Of a stretch of 64,000 nucleotides of DNA, positions 37,801 through 46,140 are shown piece by piece. The notes below the pieces were generated by a model. The model made no database searches, was not told the origin of the DNA, and worked only from the letters and a program-made list of their open reading frames with translations. Both the position numbers and the translations under genes were made by a program. Source of the stretch: Auanema rhodensis (Eukaryota > Animalia > Nematoda); NCBI GenBank assembly GCA_964057225.1, contig OZ059895.1, forward strand, positions 12,524,001 through 12,588,000, read 5' to 3'. The stretch's first letter is position 1, and every line of letters begins with the position of its first letter.

Positions 37801-39377
37801 CTGTTATGTGGTCCATATGAAGTGCTGCGATTTCGTTGTTGAAATCCGCGATCAGGACAGTTTCCGCGGTTGTATCGGTCGTTTCCTCTGTGCTCCTGTC
37901 GATCGTTCCTTCTGCTATCATATCGATCGTTTCCTCTGCTGTTGTATCGATCATTGTATCTATCGTACCGTTGGGGGCTACGATAATTGTTGTATCCTCG
38001 TTGATATCCATTGTTTCTGTTATCCTGTCTGAAGTTGTGACGGTTATTTTGTCGATCCTCTTGGTATCTTGGTGAGCGGTATCCTCCTCTTCTTTGATTC
38101 CATTGCTCTTGTGGGTGTTGTGGTCTTGATTGATTTCCATAGAATGTTCTTGATTGGTGTGTTTGTGATCCGTCATAGATTTTCTCCTGTTGTGATGCTC
38201 TCATGTGGTTTATGAGACCGTTATTAATCTCTAGTTGTTCCACGTCTTTAATCAAGTTGTTGACCAAGAGCGAAGGATCCTCGTCAGCTTCCACAGTTTC
38301 GGCAATAGTCACGGCTGCATCAAAGGTGATAGGGCTGCGGTTATTGACATGTGTTCTTAAAGTCTTTCGTAGTCCTCCTAAGAATGAAACTCGTAGTATT
38401 CTTTCATCGGCTGTCGAGTCCATGTTGCATGATTCGTAGGCAAGGTTTCTGCAGCGTTGAGCGAAATTTTGTACCGTTTTGTGCTCTCCTTGTTTCAAAT
38501 GAGTGAGTTTTGTGAATGCTGCATCTCTCTTTTCTGGAGGTTGTAATTTCTCCGATAGTATGCGTTTGACGTGGTTCCATCCCAGGCGTAAGTCTTCTGC
38601 TGGTATAGTTCGAAGAGCTTCAGCGGCTCTATCCGTTCCGAGAAGTAGATAGAGATGGGAAAGTCTCTCGGCAATAGGGACTTGAAGGGCATCGAAATAT
38701 CCTTCTAGTCTTTGCATGTAGAGGTTGAATGGAACCGATCCATCATAAAGCGTAGGTTTGTGATGGCGAATAGAAACGTTGTGGGCTCTTGCAATAGGAG
38801 AGTTGTCTTGCTCCATCTGCTCTGCCATTTGAGGGCGACTTCTCTGCTCTGTAACATTCGAAGTCAAATTTACGTTATTGTCTGACGAAGAAGAGACAGG
38901 AGACAGAGAGTGCCCGTGCAAAGATTGATCAGTGGAAGAGGGAGAGTTTCTAGGAATAGGAGAGGTGAGGATTTCCGCATTTGCGGTTTGAACAAGGCGT
39001 TGAGGAGAAGTGTGATTTGGAGGACAAGTGTTAGTGCCGGTATTAACAACTGTTTTTGGAGAGTGAGAAGAGCGTTCGGGCGTAGATTTACTGGATGATG
39101 CTTTATTCTTATTCAAGCTAATTGCATGCCTAGTAGTTTTAATAGCAGTAGTATAAAGTTTCTTAGCAGTTAGCGGTGTACCCGGAATAGGGGGTAATTT
39201 CTTTGATTTCGCGTTCGTTTTCGGATATTTCGCATCTGGTCGGAATGCATCCGGTGGTCCTCTTTTTCTTTGGTTTCTATGCAGTGCTGCTTCCACTGTC
39301 TGAGTTTTCTCTGCGCTATTCGTAGCATTTTGGGCAATATTTCCCGGCGGAGGGTTTTGATTCGCTGCGTCAGCCAT
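34875..39377 (-). CDS. Uninterrupted Gag-Env fusion ORF (1500 aa), truncated within the Env TM helix
   Basis: Single frame through ...STSYGPHNRHRDRTRSPSVRFHVNKV...LPFIPLFL... Confidence 0.9.
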   Translation of the reverse strand: MADAANQNPPPGNIAQNATNSAEKTQTVEAALHRNQRKRGPPDAFRPDAKYPKTNAKSKKLPPIPGTPLTAKKLYTTAIKTTRHAISLNKNKASSSKSTPERSSHSPKTVVNTGTNTCPPNHTSPQRLVQTANAEILTSPIPRNSPSSTDQSLHGHSLSPVSSSSDNNVNLTSNVTEQRSRPQMAEQMEQDNSPIARAHNVSIRHHKPTLYDGSVPFNLYMQRLEGYFDALQVPIAERLSHLYLLLGTDRAAEALRTIPAEDLRLGWNHVKRILSEKLQPPEKRDAAFTKLTHLKQGEHKTVQNFAQRCRNLAYESCNMDSTADERILRVSFLGGLRKTLRTHVNNRSPITFDAAVTIAETVEADEDPSLLVNNLIKDVEQLEINNGLINHMRASQQEKIYDGSQTHQSRTFYGNQSRPQHPQEQWNQRRGGYRSPRYQEDRQNNRHNFRQDNRNNGYQRGYNNYRSPQRYDRYNDRYNSRGNDRYDSRRNDRQEHRGNDRYNRGNCPDRGFQQRNRSTSYGPHNRHRDRTRSPSVRFHVNKVEKETVKTKKTLPFIPLFLSVIALSMIPCQADNTYQLCIGKRGGIFLEPPRPTTCSDYAHKDGVEIKTVELFAEIMNYKEWEAWKCAKEIYKTCAHDLFFIRENNVTLLRIEPATPQECQTAIQERRHMDNDLNREAPGLFKAPMPSSTQSKSFWASSCTTKSRFTLERGMMTSLHDDTIISDLFINTEGCTKQQGVCNTTNAVITWIPPNDHRNCDYTTLGKFEALINNDTVLISEIQGAFILKNNTPDPTATRCMNTSIYSTDSGTYISIKDLKTHRRQKRMAPQEYPTRFFNITIYKSLRLTDSSTGILPMYQTYRNRKRLDNAYNLMEYLKTSSVHIGFIKFLQLDSSKLKNRLLWHNYTDINMVILHTLAEAEIRLSTKIAIEHLLPSEITAKLSKQITISDFATRLLNYEGDYLDRARQIAIEIAHTPTTLAIGETIPSMEDYLYQLYPPRMTKLPRSRTDTQFYTQMDQIQEFLDYLEQNNRLTRISKEQRETENKKWADLTKQANSSAIVFPNYTLIFNGHAQNYGLPKNQPTIRPITDEDSKLFQQAYLQLIESPGASPTTTTTTTTTTTTSTTTSTAPTTTTHRTSPPQPTTTPRRYYYYQSTTTPVTPPPRPLTTTSRRESTRTLPTTRTTTKRATTTQPIEEIKSHTGSQAHLNFLRTRADIIQKYDDQLRQQDTRSHLQYSTSKLEEEILQSFQITKKNVCRMQNKQLLTWWAILQINPTIGIRTMLRRQDISAKFVGEHLIYVMPCTPVQVTRVYSDHKRDDKCYLETPVDTEHHGKLFITPGSRDLTPFAHIIACDMATSDPYRENNQWMKDNSTLNVTNFSFSDELTSVKIDHIKFNNSNIFSNLTESTFPMALAISYGSSLASLQATMPGKLKPVFKNSGLSSLNPIGIIGGTVGTTLMIADNISNNAEKQITNFFGYIGESITAWILRTLAIIGAIIVLG

Positions 39378-39990
39378 CTTTGTTGGTTTCCTGGAAGGAA
39401 ATTATTAACCAACGAAGACTGAGCTTATATTATACAAAACGTAAGAGACAATATGGGGTTGGTATGCGCGACTCCTGTTCCTGTCAGGGGGCCAGCCTGC
39501 AGCGGGTCTCTAGTTGGAGAATAGCCTGGTCAGGTTCATACACGAGTCCGCAACTACGTGTGACCTTTAGCAAAGGACCAAGTTCTTATCTCTCGAAGAG
39601 GCATGAGATATGAGACAGTGGTCTGTGTATTGCTCCTTTTCAGTCATGGACAAGATCAGGTACACAGGCTTCTCATACTCACTTTTCCAGACTTCTCTTA
39701 CCTAAGCAAACCCCCAAAAGACGTTCCCTTTTAACGTTACTTCTGTTCCCCTGGGTCTTGCTAGGTGGGACCACTCAACTTCAAAATATTCTTTAATTCT
39801 CATATGGGACCAAAAAGGGTTAATTTCAAATGATTGCGCGTCTTATATCAAAAAGTGTACGCCTCCGCGCGATGTCCCGAGAATGTCTGGTATTGTTTCT
39901 TACGGGGCTTTCTCATAAAAATGCGTTAGATATCAAGAATAGTGGTTTTGTTTATGAATCAATGTTTTCAGAATGATTTATGAATAGATA
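34884..39990 (-). repeat. Inverted duplicate of 24817-29915 (leader, gag, env)
   Basis: Reverse complement with a few SNPs and 8 extra bp (5107 versus 5099 bp). Confidence 0.97.
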
Positions 39991-39994
39991 ACAA

Positions 39995-42900
39995 ATGTTT
40001 GGTCGTAAGCGAAAAAATCTGATATTCAACGAGGATCGCAATATTGGACTTTTCAAAGGACCAGTGGAACATAGCATCCCGATCATCGAAGGAAAAGTTC
40101 CATCTTTCAAGATCACGTACAGAATACCTCTATCACAACAAGAAGAAGTAGAAAAACAAGTGGAGGAAATGTTAGAACAAGGAATAATTGAGCCATCTTT
40201 TTCTATGACTACCAGTCCCGTAATATTGGTCAAGAAAAAGGATAAAACGTACAGATTTGTGACTGATTTTCGAGCACTCAACGCAATAACGCAAAAACAA
40301 ATCTACGTTATATCTAACATTCAAGACATTTTGGACCTAGCAGCCAGAGCGCGTATCCTCAGTAACTTTGATCTAGTATCTGGATTCTTTCAAATCCCTC
40401 TTAGATCAGAAGATAGACACCTCACCGCATTCACTACTACGAGCGGAACTTATCAATACTGCAGAATGCCGATGGGACTCTGCGGAGCTCCACACACATT
40501 CCAAAATGCTGTACGATATTTACAACAACACGTACGATGCAAGCTCTTCGTCTATCTCGACGATCTACTTCTCATATCGGAATCAACGACGAAACATTTA
40601 CAAGATATCGACGAAGTACTGAACGCATCAGCAGAGCTAGGATTAAAAATCAAGCTTAAGAAATGTACCTTTGGACAACAAGAAGTCAAATTCCTAGGAT
40701 TCATTGTTGGACACGAAGGAATAAAACCAGACCCTCAGAAAGTAAAAGCAATCCAAGATTATCCAAGACCGAAATCAATAACAGGAGTTCGAGCATTTAT
40801 GGGAGTTGTGAACTACTTTCGCAGATTTATTAGAAATGCCGCAGGCATTGCGTCACCACTTTATGAGCTCACGAAAAAGGATACAGCTTTCAAATGGGGA
40901 GATGCAGAAGAACAAGCATTTCAACAACTTAAACAGATACTCTGTCAAGCTCCTGTACTACAAGCACCTATAGCAAAACGACCTTACGTCATTGAAAGCG
41001 ACGGAAGTATAATTGCAGTTGGCGCAGTACTATTACAGGCTAAAGACGACAAGGAACCACTTCACCCAATTGCATTTGCCAGCCGAAAACTGAACAAAGC
41101 CGAACGGAATTACCCGCCAATTGAAATCGAAGCCCTAGCACTCACTTTCGCAGTACATCAATTTAGGACTTACATACTAGGCACACCAATAAGAATCATC
41201 ACCGATCACAGGCCTCTTACTAGCCTCATGACAAGAAAAGATCTTATTGGCAGGCTAGCAAAATTTCAAATCGTATTACAAGAATACGACATCGAGATAG
41301 TGTATCGCCCAGGACGTCTTAACAGCGTCTGTGATGCACTTTCACGATATTTTGAAGACGAAGTCAACGAAGCCAAGGAAAGAAAGAAGAAACCAAAAGA
41401 AACTCCTACACACAAAATCTCGACTATTTCAACTATTACGGACCTTCGGACCATTCAAGGCAATACAGAATGGATCATGGAAACAAAAGAAAAGATTCGG
41501 AACAAAACAGCAGGAAGGCAACTAATGGATCGATATATCGTTGTGAACGACGCTCTGTATGCAAAACCCAAAACAGCTTTACAAACTCCGCGAGCCATTC
41601 TACCAAACGATCCAGCAATCACAATACCAATTATAGAAAAATTTCATAGAGACCCAATTCTCGGAGCGCATCTAGGAATCAATAAGACTCAAGATTCCAT
41701 TTTGCGGCGGTATACTTGGACCGGAATACAGGACGACATCACAAAATACGTCAACAGATGTCTCGACTGTGCAAAGAGGAAAAACAACCCACACGAAGCC
41801 ACTGTCGAGCCAATGAGAAATTTTCCAACAGTAACCCATCCATGGGAAAGGGTTCACATGGATATACTTGGACCACTACCTCGGACCGCAAATGATAAAA
41901 GATACATTTTATCAATACAAGACGCTTTTTCAAAATGGATCATAGCGATACCGCTCATTCGTCAAACATCAGAAGAAATAATAGCGGCTATTAAAACACA
42001 CTTGTTTTATGTTTTTGGACCCCCCAAGAAAATCATCACAGACAATGGAGCAAATTTTGTTTCAAAGGAATTCAAAAACATGTGTGATGATCTTGGATCG
42101 GAACATCACACAACTATGCCATACTACAAAAACGCAAATGGTCAAGTGGAACGGCTACACAGAACACTGGAAGAAGCATTAACTTCCTACGTTAATGACG
42201 ATCAAGACAATTGGGATATCATTCTACCAAATATTGTTTTTACGATGAATCGACTACCAAACGCTACTACTCGCACACCACCCTACGATTGTCTGTTTGG
42301 ACAAACAGCTCGGTTACCAATAGATAAGGACTTAGAAACCCCAGGAGCCACAATCAAGAACGCCCCGGACTTACACGAGAAGATTCATGAAAGGATAGAG
42401 TTGAATAATGAAAGAATGAAGAAGAAATACGACAAAAATCACAGGACGCAGGAAAGAGAGATCTTCGTGGAAAATAGAGCACTCGTCAAGCGAGCAAAGC
42501 CAGCAAATAAATTACAAACAACAAGCGATGGACCATATATAATCAAGGAAATAAACGGAAATAACGTAATATTAGCAGATAGCGAAGGGAATACGATTAT
42601 AGCTCACAAGAATAATATAAGATACTTTCCACCCGACGATAACAACGTCGAAGAAAGCGAGCACAACAGAAACGACTCCGCACCCGCCATTTATAGCGAC
42701 GGCTCACAGCAGGATACGGAAAATACGCGCGCTAAAAATAGCACGCCCACCACAACATCAATCTCTGATTCAGAAATCGACAACGAGGACGAATTCTACG
42801 AACAAAGCCGACCTTCAATAACACCACAAGAAACAATAGCACCACAGGAAATTACGCGGGAAACACAACAGGACAATTATCAAGCAGAAACCGGACCGAA

Positions 42901-43258
42901 TACGGCAGACAAGTCAGCTACGGACAAGGACGAAAACAACTTATTTCAACAACTTGTCGATAAAATTGGAGAAGAAACAAGGCAAGAGCTCTATGAAGAA
43001 AGACGTAAAGAGATACCCACAACCAAAAGATGGAGCTCAGCCCTCAAGTTGGCACTTGGAATAGAAGACAAAAATCCTATAACCGCTCCAAAACCATTCC
43101 ACGTACCAATAAGGTACAACAGCGTGATACCCACCTTAGAGTCTAAAAACAGGCTCACACGCTCTCAGATACCTGATGCTCATTTCGATTCTCCAAAAAC
43201 ACCGGTTGTACGAAAGAAACGACCTTCAACAGTGATTGGAGCAACAACAACCATTTAA
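39995..43258 (+). CDS. pol: Second RT-RNase H-integrase copy with junction-derived N-terminus
   Basis: 40028 onward equals 31078 onward (offset 8950); first 11 codons come from 5S-array filler. Confidence 0.9.
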   Translation: MFGRKRKNLIFNEDRNIGLFKGPVEHSIPIIEGKVPSFKITYRIPLSQQEEVEKQVEEMLEQGIIEPSFSMTTSPVILVKKKDKTYRFVTDFRALNAITQKQIYVISNIQDILDLAARARILSNFDLVSGFFQIPLRSEDRHLTAFTTTSGTYQYCRMPMGLCGAPHTFQNAVRYLQQHVRCKLFVYLDDLLLISESTTKHLQDIDEVLNASAELGLKIKLKKCTFGQQEVKFLGFIVGHEGIKPDPQKVKAIQDYPRPKSITGVRAFMGVVNYFRRFIRNAAGIASPLYELTKKDTAFKWGDAEEQAFQQLKQILCQAPVLQAPIAKRPYVIESDGSIIAVGAVLLQAKDDKEPLHPIAFASRKLNKAERNYPPIEIEALALTFAVHQFRTYILGTPIRIITDHRPLTSLMTRKDLIGRLAKFQIVLQEYDIEIVYRPGRLNSVCDALSRYFEDEVNEAKERKKKPKETPTHKISTISTITDLRTIQGNTEWIMETKEKIRNKTAGRQLMDRYIVVNDALYAKPKTALQTPRAILPNDPAITIPIIEKFHRDPILGAHLGINKTQDSILRRYTWTGIQDDITKYVNRCLDCAKRKNNPHEATVEPMRNFPTVTHPWERVHMDILGPLPRTANDKRYILSIQDAFSKWIIAIPLIRQTSEEIIAAIKTHLFYVFGPPKKIITDNGANFVSKEFKNMCDDLGSEHHTTMPYYKNANGQVERLHRTLEEALTSYVNDDQDNWDIILPNIVFTMNRLPNATTRTPPYDCLFGQTARLPIDKDLETPGATIKNAPDLHEKIHERIELNNERMKKKYDKNHRTQEREIFVENRALVKRAKPANKLQTTSDGPYIIKEINGNNVILADSEGNTIIAHKNNIRYFPPDDNNVEESEHNRNDSAPAIYSDGSQQDTENTRAKNSTPTTTSISDSEIDNEDEFYEQSRPSITPQETIAPQEITRETQQDNYQAETGPNTADKSATDKDENNLFQQLVDKIGEETRQELYEERRKEIPTTKRWSSALKLALGIEDKNPITAPKPFHVPIRYNSVIPTLESKNRLTRSQIPDAHFDSPKTPVVRKKRPSTVIGATTTI

Positions 43259-43478
43259 TCAAAAATAGAAACTTTTCGGGAAAATAACTTTATTCATTAA
43301 TTTTTTTTTATTAATTTATAATAATTCATTCTATCTGCTACCCAAACAACAAAAACAATGTTTTCCCCAATCATCAATCTTAATATCTATGTATCACAAA
43401 ATATATACTTACCTATTTGTTTCACCCTATATAAGCTCAAAATTCACCTCAAGCAGAAAAACTCCCAGCACCACAAGA

Positions 43479-44114
43479 ATGGCACTCGTCTTCCCTCCAC
43501 CAGCCTGCGAGACACCTATCGCGATGATCAAGGAAAAGTGGATCAAGATTCATTCGCTCCAGATAGAACTACAACAACTGGAGACAACAAACAACAGGAC
43601 TAAAAAGATAAGAATTCTCCAATCATTTTCGGAGAATTTAGCCAGAGTTACTCTATTAATAGAGACTCTGGAAAGGTTACAATGTTCATGTAACAATGAT
43701 GAAGAAGAGATGGCCAAAATGGCGCAAAACTGGTCCGAGGCCACTGCCCGCACCAAAGCCACCATCAACAAACTACGCGAAGATCTAGGCTATCCAGCCT
43801 CCAAAAATGTAGCTAGCGCGGATCTCATCCCAAGATGGGCCGCGGAAGAGATCCACAAGAGCTGGACAGAAGAAAGTATGATGGAATCGACCAACCAGTC
43901 GATTAGGAAGGCGGGAGACCTGATCAGCCAGGCCTTAAGGATACTAATGGCGACGCGCGCCACCACTCCGGACCAGAAAAGAAAGAAAATGATGATAGCA
44001 GGCCAGGCGACGGAACTGCTAACAGACGTCAGCCTGTTCCACATATGGACGGTCGCCGACCGGCAACCCGCGACCGACTTCCAGCTGGGACAAATCGAGG
44101 AGGAAGAAGGATAA
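43479..44114 (+). CDS. Accessory ORF2 of gypsy element, about 211 aa, helical/coiled-coil-like, unknown function
   Basis: GC-richer open frame between AT-rich spacers; MALVFPPP start; TATATAA about 45 bp upstream. Confidence 0.7.
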   Translation: MALVFPPPACETPIAMIKEKWIKIHSLQIELQQLETTNNRTKKIRILQSFSENLARVTLLIETLERLQCSCNNDEEEMAKMAQNWSEATARTKATINKLREDLGYPASKNVASADLIPRWAAEEIHKSWTEESMMESTNQSIRKAGDLISQALRILMATRATTPDQKRKKMMIAGQATELLTDVSLFHIWTVADRQPATDFQLGQIEEEEG

Positions 44115-44343
44115 CAGCTGCACGAGGTGAATTCATAGTTTTTCTTTTCTTCTCTTTTCTTTTCTTTTCTTTTTCTTTTTATATTGTTTTCATTTTTTTT
44201 AATATTATTCCTATTACACTATTATTCCTATTCTAGTATTCTAATTCTAATTCATTTATATATATAATTTTCTCTTTTGTTTCTTTTTCTTAAAAGGTCT
44301 AATTTCTTATAGCTGAGGTCAGCTACTTTTTCAATATAAGGCA

Positions 44344-44682
44344 TGTTCCATACGTGTCTTATAAAGAAGGCGGTTGACAACGTCAACCGACTTTTGGTTA
44401 ATAGAATTCAATAAGAAACTAGACCTGAACTACTTTTTGTATAAATTTAATTATATTTGTAATTAATATTTTGCTATATAAACCCCTGAGAAAGCAACTA
44501 GGTTGGCTTTCTCATAACATGTAGTTTCATTTATTTGATTATTGTATTTTGCTTTTATAATTGTATTTCCATATTCTGAATAAACTTCTTTTTCTCTACT
44601 CTCTGTTACTTTTACAATGGCATTCACACTATTAAAGTCCATATGGTTACCTAGCCGGAACCCTAGGAACCAATATGGAACG
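44344..44682 (+). repeat. 3' LTR of gypsy element
   Basis: TGTTCCATA...TATGGAACG; followed by CTAA and resumed 5S spacer. Confidence 0.96.
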
Positions 44683-44751
44683 CTAACATGAAATTGGAAA
44701 AAAAACAATAACGAGGATAAGTATGTAAATCATTGAATATCAGGTATTTTC

Positions 44752-44848
44752 GCTTACGACCATACCACGTTGAAAGTACGCCATCCCGTCCGATCTGGCA
44801 AGTCAAGCAACGTTGGGCCCGGTTAGTACTTGGATCGGAGACGGCTTG
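44752..44848 (+). pseudogene. 5S rRNA gene interrupted at nt 95-97 by BEL/Pao LTR
   Basis: Exact 5S nt 1-97, then LTR sequence; TG is shared by gene and LTR terminus. Confidence 0.95.
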
Positions 44849-45289
44849 TTTGGACTATGAATCCAATAGTTATTCCAGGGGAATAGTTGTAGTATTACAC
44901 GTTCGACGTGATACAGGAGTTAATACCGTTTAGGAGTATTAACGGAGGCTGATACTCGAAGAGAGTATTATCAGGGTTGAACTTCGCAGATTTGAGTTTA
45001 AAAGGTTTATTAAATAAAGATGGTACAGTGGTAGAAAAGTTAGATTCGAAAGTGAAGGTTTCTTGGGTTTATATATGATTTAGCTTAAGGGTGATATTTG
45101 ATATTTGAATAGAAAGGTCACGTTAATGTAAACTATAGAGGTGATAAAAGTTCAACATTCTTTGAGAATGTTGCGCAATAGGTTAATGATACAATTATTC
45201 GGTTAATAGATAATGGTTTAGTATTTCAGAAGAGTTATGTTTATATTGTAAATCATTATATTTTGTTAATAGTCAGGCATTTGCCGACA
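44847..45289 (-). repeat. 3' LTR of BEL copy 1
   Basis: Minus strand TGTCGGC...CCAAACA, preceded by CGCCCGGCAA; TATATAAA and AATAAA on minus strand. Inner boundary inferred from terminal motifs because the tandem copy obscures it. Confidence 0.82.
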
Positions 45290-46140
45290 TTGCCGGGCGA
45301 GGGTTGCGCTTTGAATTTTTCAAACAGCAATAAGAGAGGATAGCTGGTAGAAGGAAAGGAGCGAGAAAGGAGAGGGCTGTGTATAAGATATATGAACATG
45401 CTGTGACTGCAGCTACGACGGGTACGATCCATTTCCAATTATTCTGGATCACTTCTATTAGAGGTTCCAAGTTGGGGAGATTCCAAGAGAGTCCAGATGT
45501 TCCATTATGTAGTTTGATCAGTTCTTCTGAAATTGTAGTGTCACTTATGTAGTGTAATCTGGTACTTAGCTGGATAAATTGCTTTGTTGCTCTTCCGCAT
45601 GTTAGAGTACAATTTTCTTGTACTTTGGGTTCATTGAAGTATAGTTTTATCGTTGTGGCGGGATTTTTGTCGGAGCATCGAATTATAGTAGAAAAGGAAT
45701 CGCAGTTCAGTATTGCATTTAACTCGTCCTTTGTTTCACATGTCATGTTTAGCGTTGTTCCTTCTCTGCATTTATAACATCCTGTTATCATTTGAAAATC
45801 TGAAAAACAAGGATGTCTATTAGTGTATAGACTTTCGATGCTAAATTGCGGGTTTTGCATTGTGAGCGTTGATTCTTCCATTTTTGATAGAACTGTTATA
45901 GTTCCTGCTTCTTTTGTTATCCTATAATTCGTATTAATTTTTGGAAGCTCATATTTTTTCAGTTCTCTTTGCGTCGCTGAATCGCAATTGCAAGAGAGCT
46001 GTGCTGCGGCCCCCAAACATGGGCAAGGCTTTCTTATGTGGCATGCATTAAACTTATCTGCCGCCATTCTTGCATTGCTGCATATAACAGCTGGTTTTAT
46101 TTGCTCCGTTATCATGTAGTTGTTCGTCTCAGATGTTAAA
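45273..46140 (-). CDS. env: C-terminal part of Gc-like glycoprotein with TM anchor (-1 frame relative to polyprotein)
   Basis: CPCLGAAAQLSCNC, ITGCYKCREG, CTLTCG, hydrophobic WKWIVPVVAAVTACSYILY. Confidence 0.85.

Larger units (their letters stand above)
23958..44682 (+). mobile_element. Ty3/gypsy (Metaviridae-like) env-bearing LTR retrotransposon, internally rearranged; reconstructed unit about 11.7 kb
   Basis: Paired 339-bp LTRs; 4-bp target duplication CTAA at 23954-23957 and 44683-44686 in the 5S spacer; PBS; PR-RT-RH-IN domain order. Confidence 0.96.

Noticed and set aside
44850-44866. tRNA gene at the BEL LTR end
   Set aside because: Only an anticodon-arm-like hairpin; no D arm, T arm or acceptor stem
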